In this document: one piece after another, positions 58,380 through 64,000 of the stretch
Numbering within the stretch: the first letter of the stretch is position 1
Layout of the letters: each line of letters opens with the position of its first letter
NCBI GenBank assembly: GCA_017399025.1
Contig: JAFQEK010000045.1
Coordinates: forward strand, 6,661-70,660
Direction of reading: 5' to 3'
DNA from: Clostridia bacterium
GTDB lineage: Bacteria > Bacillota > Clostridia > Oscillospirales > CAG-272
DNA length: 64,000 nt
The notes under the pieces: generated by a model
What the model was told of the DNA's origin: nothing
The model's database searches: none
Seen by the model: only the letters and a program-made list of their open reading frames with translations
Made by a program: the position numbers and the translations under genes

Positions 58380-59741
58380 TCATGCAAATTCGTTGCAAAT
58401 ACTGTTGATTTCGTATTCGAACGCACTGTCGCTGGACATTTTGCTTTTGATAACGTCAATAGAGGAAAGAATGGTAGTGTGATCCCTTCCGAAAATTTTT
58501 GCGGTGTTTTGCAAAGAGAGATTGGTTACGTTGCGGATGACATAAATGGAAATATGCCGTGCGAGCGCGATATCTGTGGTGCGTTTCTTACCCTTGATGT
58601 CTTCAATGCTGATGTTATAGCGCTTGGAGATATTTTCGATGATCTGTTCCGCCACGAGTGCAGGAGGAACCGTGCCGGAGATGACACCGGAAAGGACGTT
58701 TCTGGCGGTATCCACCGTGATGCGAGTTCCGTTAACGAAGCTGTAAGCGCCGAGCTTTTTGATGACGCCTTCCAACTGGCGGATGTTGCTCTTTACGTTT
58801 TCTCCGAGGAAGTTCAGAACATCATCGGAGAGATTCACATTCAAAATCTGAGCTTTGCGCTTCAAAATGGCGATACGGAGCTCCGTTTCGGGTGGTTGGA
58901 TATCCACGATCAGACCGCCTTCAAATCGGCTCTGAATGCGCTCTTCCAGGTGCTGAATGTCCTTGGGAGGACGGTCAGAGGTCAGTATGACCTGTTTGCC
59001 TGCATCGTAGAGCGAGTTGAACGTGTGGAAGAACTCTTCCTGCGTGGAAACTTTACCCGCAATGAATTGAATGTCGTCGATCAAGAGCATATCGGCATTG
59101 CGGTATTTTTCTTTGAATTTTGTTGTGGTCTTTTTTTCGATGGAGCGGACCAGCTCGTTGGTGAAATCTTCGCCCTTGATCAGGATGATATTGAAATGCG
59201 GGCGGGTTCTTTTTACTTCATTGGCAATGGCTTTCATCAGGTGCGTTTTACCGAGTCCGCTGGGACCGTAAAGAAACAGGGGATTATACTGTTCTGCAGG
59301 ATTGTTGGCAACGGCAACAGAGGCTGCGTGCGCAAGCTTGTTGGAGCTTCCGACGATAAAATTATCAAAGGTGTAATCCTTTTCGGAAATGAAAGCAGTG
59401 TCGTGCGTCGGTTCCTCGTCCTTTTCCTTAATGGGCTCGGGTTCGGTTTGGGAGGCGGGAATTTCCGTCAGCAGAGCGTTTTCCAGATTGAAGGTTGATT
59501 TCGCAAAAACCTTGACGTCAACGTGGAAGTTCAGCGTTTGTTCAAAGATTGCGGCGATATCGGGCGCGTATTTTTTATTCAAAAGATCCACAAAAACTTC
59601 GCTTGTGGTTGTGATCAATGCCCGTTCGTCATCGAAATATTCCAGTTCAAAGTTTTTGAACCAGAGCTCGATAACGGCTTCGGGATATTTTTTCAGCATT
59701 TCGTCATAGACGATGTTCCAGATGGCTTGATTGGAGTTCAA
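58380..59741 (-). CDS. dnaA: chromosomal replication initiator DnaA
   Basis: AAA+ Walker A GPSGLGKTHL, LLIDDIQF and the C-terminal DNA-binding domain. I prefer the TTG at 59741 (AAGAGGG RBS; N-terminus MNSNQAIWNIV resembles typical DnaA) over the TTG at 59795, which lies in a leader hairpin. Confidence 0.9.
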   Translation of the reverse strand: MNSNQAIWNIVYDEMLKKYPEAVIELWFKNFELEYFDDERALITTTSEVFVDLLNKKYAPDIAAIFEQTLNFHVDVKVFAKSTFNLENALLTEIPASQTEPEPIKEKDEEPTHDTAFISEKDYTFDNFIVGSSNKLAHAASVAVANNPAEQYNPLFLYGPSGLGKTHLMKAIANEVKRTRPHFNIILIKGEDFTNELVRSIEKKTTTKFKEKYRNADMLLIDDIQFIAGKVSTQEEFFHTFNSLYDAGKQVILTSDRPPKDIQHLEERIQSRFEGGLIVDIQPPETELRIAILKRKAQILNVNLSDDVLNFLGENVKSNIRQLEGVIKKLGAYSFVNGTRITVDTARNVLSGVISGTVPPALVAEQIIENISKRYNISIEDIKGKKRTTDIALARHISIYVIRNVTNLSLQNTAKIFGRDHTTILSSIDVIKSKMSSDSAFEYEINSICNEFA

Positions 59742-59795
59742 AGTGTTATCCCTCTTTCCGTGTTTTGATTTTCGGCGCTTTCCGAAAAAGCGCAA

Positions 59796-60003
59796 AATAA
59801 GCCCTTTATATATAATTATTATATATTATATCATATTAAATAAATAAAATCAAGTGGAAAAAACCCTTGACTTGCAAGCTTCTTCATACTTTTGAAAAAA
59901 TATTTTGGAAAAATTCAAATAATTGTGGAAATTATGTGGAAATTATGATAAACTATCCTTATACGGAGTAAAAAATCATTCATACAGAAAGAACGGATGA
60001 AAT
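59796..60003. other. oriC part 2: dnaA-upstream region with DnaA boxes and an AT-rich tract
   Basis: TGTGGAAAT at 59924 and 59935, AGTGGAAAA at 59853, and a 46-bp tract with 45 A/T at 59805-59850. Confidence 0.8.
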
Positions 60004-60774
60004 ATGAAAATTTTAATTTTGGGCGATATCAGCCGCGCTTCCTCCTGCAAATATGTGTGTGAACGTCTCTGGCGTTATCGGAAGGAACATGGGATTGATT
60101 TTGTTGTCGTGAACGGGGAAAATTGTGCCGAAACCAACGGAATTGATAAAAATTCCGCAAGTATGCTCTTTTCCGCGGGCGCGGATGTGATTACAACGGG
60201 AAATCACGCGTTTAAGCGTTACGAAGCAAAAACGCTGTTTGAAGAAGAAAAAATGCTGTTGCGTCCGGCGAATTACCCCGATGCTGTTCCGGGAGAGGGC
60301 GCTGTTCTGACGGATGCTGCGGGGATTGGTATTCTGGTGATCAATCTGTTGGGGATTGTCATGATGGAACCTTTGGAAAACCCCTTTTTCACGGTTGAAA
60401 AGATTCTGTCGCGCTATCGGGGAAAATACGATATTTCCATTCTGGATTTTCATGCGGAAGCGACATCGGAAAAGCAAGCGCTTGCCTTTTATCTTGACGG
60501 CAGAATTACGGTATTCTACGGCACGCATACCCACGTTCCCACTGCAGATGAATGTATTTTGCCGAAAGGAACGGCGTATATCACGGATATTGGTATGTGC
60601 GGTCCGCAATTCAGCGTTCTGGGAATCAAACCTGAGAGCATTATTGAAAAAATGACGACAGGATTGCCGGTGAAATTCATACCTTCCCAGAACCCCGTTG
60701 TGGCGCACGGTATTGAAGTGGAAATTGACCGCAAAACAAAAAAAGCGGGTTCCATTCGGAGGATTACATTCTGA
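60004..60774 (+). CDS. ymdB: YmdB-like metallophosphoesterase (2',3'-cyclic-nucleotide phosphodiesterase family)
   Basis: MKILILGDI...VVVNGEN...TTGNH...HAE...GTHTHV metallophosphoesterase motifs. 256 aa. Confidence 0.8.
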   Translation: MKILILGDISRASSCKYVCERLWRYRKEHGIDFVVVNGENCAETNGIDKNSASMLFSAGADVITTGNHAFKRYEAKTLFEEEKMLLRPANYPDAVPGEGAVLTDAAGIGILVINLLGIVMMEPLENPFFTVEKILSRYRGKYDISILDFHAEATSEKQALAFYLDGRITVFYGTHTHVPTADECILPKGTAYITDIGMCGPQFSVLGIKPESIIEKMTTGLPVKFIPSQNPVVAHGIEVEIDRKTKKAGSIRRITF

Positions 60775-60775
60775 T

Positions 60776-61351
60776 ATGACAGGGAAAATTGAAATACGTA
60801 TGGCAAAACCGGAGGATGCGGCGGCATTGCTGGATATTTATGCGCCCTATGTTTTGAATACGGGAGTTACATATGAATACGAGGTTCCGGAAGAGGAGAT
60901 TTTCCGAAAAAGGATTGAAACTGTTTTGCAAAAGTATCCGTATCTGGTTGCAACGCAGGCAGGGAAGATTATTGGCTATGCTTATGCAAAGGAATTGGGT
61001 GAGCGAGCCGCTTTTTCGCATTCCGTTGAAACCGTGATTTATCTCGGACGGGAACAAAGAGGAAAGGGCATCGGGAAGCTTCTTTACGGCGAACTGGAAC
61101 GGATTTTGAAACTTCAACAGATTACGAATCTCTATGCGGCGGTTTCTTACCGTGAAAACGAGGATGAAACCATCACACATGCCAGTCCCCGTTTCCATTT
61201 GGCTATGGGTTATCGTAAGGCGGCACATTTCAGTAAATGCGGTTATAAATTCGGCAGATGGTACGATCTTGTTTGGTATGAAAAACATATCTCGGCTCAC
61301 TCGGAAAATCAGTCCGAATTCTTGCCTATAGGGTGTATTACGGTAGTTTGA
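60776..61351 (+). CDS. GNAT N-acetyltransferase (phosphinothricin/methionine-sulfoximine acetyltransferase-like)
   Basis: IRMAKPEDAAALLDIY... and the acetyl-CoA loop RGKGIGKLL. ATG at 60776 is 1 nt after the ymdB stop. Confidence 0.75.
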   Translation: MTGKIEIRMAKPEDAAALLDIYAPYVLNTGVTYEYEVPEEEIFRKRIETVLQKYPYLVATQAGKIIGYAYAKELGERAAFSHSVETVIYLGREQRGKGIGKLLYGELERILKLQQITNLYAAVSYRENEDETITHASPRFHLAMGYRKAAHFSKCGYKFGRWYDLVWYEKHISAHSENQSEFLPIGCITVV

Positions 61352-61413
61352 ACAAAAGTCAAACACAAAACAGTGGTCAAACACAAAACAATAAAAATGC
61401 AAAGGAGTAAAAA

Positions 61414-62646
61414 ATGAGCATAATTCAAGATAGAAATCTCGCGAAAAGCGGACATGAAAAGATCAATTGGGTTAAAAGTTATATGCCTGTGCTTTCTGCG
61501 ATTGAAAAGGAATTCAAAGAAACAAAACCTTTTGCAGGAAAAAAGATTGCAATGTCCATCCATTTGGAAGCAAAAACGGCCTATCTTGCAACAGTTTTGA
61601 AGGCGGGCGGTGCGGATGTATATTCCACGGGCTGTAATCCTCTTTCCACACAGGATGATGTTGCGGCGGCACTTTGCGATTACGGTGTCAACGTATTTGC
61701 AATCCACGGCGCGGATGAAAAAACGTATACGGAGCATCTCAAAGCGGCCCTCTCTTGCCATCCTGATGTTATGATTGACGACGGTGGGGATTTTATCGAA
61801 TTGCTTCACGGAGAATGCAGAGACCTCGGAGACCGTCTGGTCGGCGGTTGCGAGGAAACCACAACGGGAATCCACAGACTTCGTATCCGTGAAAAGAAAG
61901 GCACGCTCGATTATACCATGATTGATATCAACGATGCGGACTGCAAGCATTTGTTTGATAACCGTTACGGTACAGGTCAGTCCACGCTGGATGCGATCAT
62001 GCATACCACGAATCTTGTGATTGCAGGAAAGAAAGCCGTTGTTGCCGGCTATGGATGGTGCGGAAAGGGAATTGCGCGCCGTTTGGCAGGTATGGGGGCG
62101 GTTGTTTTTGTGACAGAAGTGAATCCTGTGCGCGCATTGGAGGCGGTTATGGACGGCTTTACTGTTCTACCTATGGATGAAGCGGCGGCGGTCGGCGACC
62201 TTTTCATTACCGTTACGGGATGTAAAGACGTCATTGTGGGAAAACATTTTGAAAAGATGAAAGACGGCGTACTTCTTGCTAATGCAGGACATTTTAATGT
62301 GGAAATCAATAAAGGCGAGCTTGCGGCGCTTTCCGTTTCCTGTGAGCAAAGAAAGCCGGGAATCGAAGGTTTCACTATGTCGGACGGAAGAGTTCTGAAT
62401 CTTCTTGCAGATGGGCGCCTTGTCAACCTTGCGGCGGGCAACGGTCATCCTGCAGAGATTATGGATATGAGCTTTGCTCTGCAAGCGAAATGTCTGGAAT
62501 ATCTTGTCAAGACACCTGGGCTTGCACATAAACTTTATGCGGTTCCCGTTGCAACCGATATGACGGTTGCAACAATGAAACTTTCCAAAACTTCCGTAGC
62601 TATTGATGAATTAACTGAAAGTCAAAAGGAATATCTCGGTCTTTGA
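61414..62646 (+). CDS. ahcY: adenosylhomocysteinase
   Basis: SAHH signatures (SCNPLSTQDD-like STGCNPLSTQDD, NAD-binding GYGWCGKG). 410 aa. AAAGGAG RBS. Confidence 0.9.
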   Translation: MSIIQDRNLAKSGHEKINWVKSYMPVLSAIEKEFKETKPFAGKKIAMSIHLEAKTAYLATVLKAGGADVYSTGCNPLSTQDDVAAALCDYGVNVFAIHGADEKTYTEHLKAALSCHPDVMIDDGGDFIELLHGECRDLGDRLVGGCEETTTGIHRLRIREKKGTLDYTMIDINDADCKHLFDNRYGTGQSTLDAIMHTTNLVIAGKKAVVAGYGWCGKGIARRLAGMGAVVFVTEVNPVRALEAVMDGFTVLPMDEAAAVGDLFITVTGCKDVIVGKHFEKMKDGVLLANAGHFNVEINKGELAALSVSCEQRKPGIEGFTMSDGRVLNLLADGRLVNLAAGNGHPAEIMDMSFALQAKCLEYLVKTPGLAHKLYAVPVATDMTVATMKLSKTSVAIDELTESQKEYLGL

Positions 62647-62676
62647 TCAATTGAATTTTGTTCAACGTAAAATATT

Positions 62677-62731
62677 AATCCTCCTTTTTGTTCGGAATGC
62701 TATTTTTTTCACAAAAAGGAGGATTGTTTTT
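62677..62731 (+). terminator. rho-independent terminator after ahcY
   Basis: 14-bp stem AATCCTCCTTTTTG / CAAAAAGGAGGATT followed by GTTTTTG. Confidence 0.8.
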
Positions 62732-62750
62732 GTGAAAACTGAAAACACTC

Positions 62751-62779
62751 TTGCAATAAAAGGATTTTTATGTTATAAT
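62751..62779 (+). promoter_or_regulatory. sigma-A type promoter (TTGCAA-17-TGTTATAAT)
   Basis: TTGCAA at 62751-62756 and TATAAT at 62774-62779 with a TG extension. This gives a ~100-nt leader before the rhamnosidase gene. Confidence 0.65.
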
Positions 62780-62883
62780 ATAAAGCAATGATCATGGACT
62801 TTGGTTTTTCCGAAGTCTTTCCGTGAAAAATAAATTTAAAAGACGGAAACAATGGATATTGTTCCCGTCGGAACGGAGATATT

Positions 62884-64000
62884 ATGGCTGAATTTAAAGT
62901 ATACGGCAGTACCGTCAATTATCTTAAAAATCCTTGCGGTATTGACGAAAATCCCTCGTTTTCTTACAAACTCTCGAACAGCGAGAGGGGAGGTGCGCAG
63001 AAGAGCCGCCGTATTTGTGTAAAGGAAGCGTTGACCGGTAATACGGTATGGGACAGTGGCGCGGTTGAAACAAAGGAACAGCTTTTTGTTTCCTACGCGG
63101 GTGAAAAGCTCAAACCGATTACGAAGTATGATTTTACCGTTGAAGTTGCTTTAGAGTCCGGCGAAACCGCTTCCGAAACAGGAAGCTTTGTTACGGGTAA
63201 ACTCGGCTCCAAATGGATCGGTAAATGGATCAACGCAAAGCCTGTTCGCCGTTACCCCGATGCGGAAGCGGCTCAGTACCTCAGAAACACATTTGACGTA
63301 AACACAAACGTCAGCGCCGCTTATCTGGCAATCTGCGGTCTTGGTTATTTTGAAAGCTACATCAACGGAACAAAGACGGGCGATGATATGCTTTCCCCTG
63401 CGTTTACAAGGTACGATGCGGAATCGATGTATCTTGTTTATGACGTGAAGGATCTTTTGAAAATGGGTAAGAATGCAATCGGCGTTGCGCCGGGTAACGG
63501 TTGGTACAACTGCTTCACTCAGGATAATTGGAATACGCCTGCTGCAAGCTGGAGACATTTCCCCAAACTGATCTGCGAATTGCACATCACTTACGAAGAT
63601 GGTACCAAGCAGATTATGGCTTCCGATCCCAATGTATGGAAGTCCTCCAAGGGTCCGATTACATTCAACAGCATTCGTAATGGTGAATATTATGACGCGC
63701 GCCTTGAACTCGGCGCATGGACGGAAGCGGATTACGATGACAGCGCATGGGTTGGTACGAAGATTATGAAGAGTCCCGGCGGTAAACTGATCGCTATGGA
63801 ATTTGAACCCATCCGCGTACGCAAAACGTTCACAGCGAGAAAAATGTGGAAGAGTAAAAACGGTTATGTGTTTGATATCGGTCAGAACCAGGCGGGTGTC
63901 GGCAGATTCAAGGTAAGAGGTCCCGCAGGCACGGAAATCACTTTCCGCTATTCCGATGTGCTCAGCTCGGAAGAAGAAATCGATACGGGTGCAATCGGCT
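62884..64000 (+). CDS. alpha-L-rhamnosidase (GH78), 3' end beyond window
   Basis: Not in the ORF track because there is no stop in the window. I translated it by hand from the ATG at 62884 (GGAG RBS): MAEFKVYGSTVNYLKNPCGIDENPSFSYKL...AAYLAICGLGYFESYINGTKTGDDMLSPAFTRYD..., typical of the GH78 N-terminal domains. Open to base 64000. Confidence 0.85.
   Translation, partial: MAEFKVYGSTVNYLKNPCGIDENPSFSYKLSNSERGGAQKSRRICVKEALTGNTVWDSGAVETKEQLFVSYAGEKLKPITKYDFTVEVALESGETASETGSFVTGKLGSKWIGKWINAKPVRRYPDAEAAQYLRNTFDVNTNVSAAYLAICGLGYFESYINGTKTGDDMLSPAFTRYDAESMYLVYDVKDLLKMGKNAIGVAPGNGWYNCFTQDNWNTPAASWRHFPKLICELHITYEDGTKQIMASDPNVWKSSKGPITFNSIRNGEYYDARLELGAWTEADYDDSAWVGTKIMKSPGGKLIAMEFEPIRVRKTFTARKMWKSKNGYVFDIGQNQAGVGRFKVRGPAGTEITFRYSDVLSSEEEIDTGAIG

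Overview
This 64-kb window comes from a mid/low-GC, spore-forming Firmicute (Clostridia-like) chromosome and contains the replication origin. I saw no tRNA, rRNA, CRISPR array, transposase, integrase or phage genes, so most of the window is ordinary core genome.

Gene content, left to right:
- 1-1.6 kb: an island of small unrelated genes around a stand-alone (p)ppGpp-hydrolase (SAH).
- 1.8-3.7 kb: a HAD hydrolase and a GH29 fucosidase.
- 3.8-4.7 kb: a self-contained membrane-protein gene flanked by a perfect 28-bp inverted repeat.
- 4.7-9.1 kb: a PadR/DUF1700/DUF4097 triad, a TPR protein and a PHP protein.
- 9.1-19.4 kb: a GH78-like hydrolase, prs, and a rhamnose catabolic block (aldolase-rhaA-rhaB) packed directly behind mutS2.
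- 19.7-25.8 kb: ylbJ | yqfC-yqfD-phoH-ybeY-era-recO.
- 26.1-31.6 kb: a four-gene ABC/ABC-2/GldG-like/DUF4340 operon.
- 32.0-35.9 kb: a 1300-aa SLH surface protein.
- 36.3-40.1 kb: pheST with a T-box leader.
- 40.3-47.0 kb: two small lipoprotein genes (one frameshifted), rny, a HisJ-like PHP phosphatase, an unknown 570-aa protein and pepV.
- 47.3-59.7 kb: recX-recA-gyrA-gyrB-remB-(2 inserted genes)-recF-dnaN-oriC-dnaA.
- 60.0-64.0 kb: ymdB-like, GNAT, ahcY and a 3'-truncated GH78 rhamnosidase.

Observations most worth a second look:
1. oriC is bipartite, built from TTTTCCACA-type DnaA boxes. The same 9-mer recurs as convergent palindromes at two distant loci (7.66 kb, inside a CDS, and 31.9 kb).
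2. The 28-bp inverted-repeat-bounded gene cassette at 3.78-4.70 kb.
3. Four exact TGTAACA heptamers upstream of the SLH gene.
4. Duplicated hairpin modules between gyrB and gyrA.
5. The orphan SAH gene island.

Nearly every long antisense ORF in the ORF track is codon-aligned with a real gene. These are shadows caused by the rarity of TTA/CTA/TCA codons, and I rejected them as genes.
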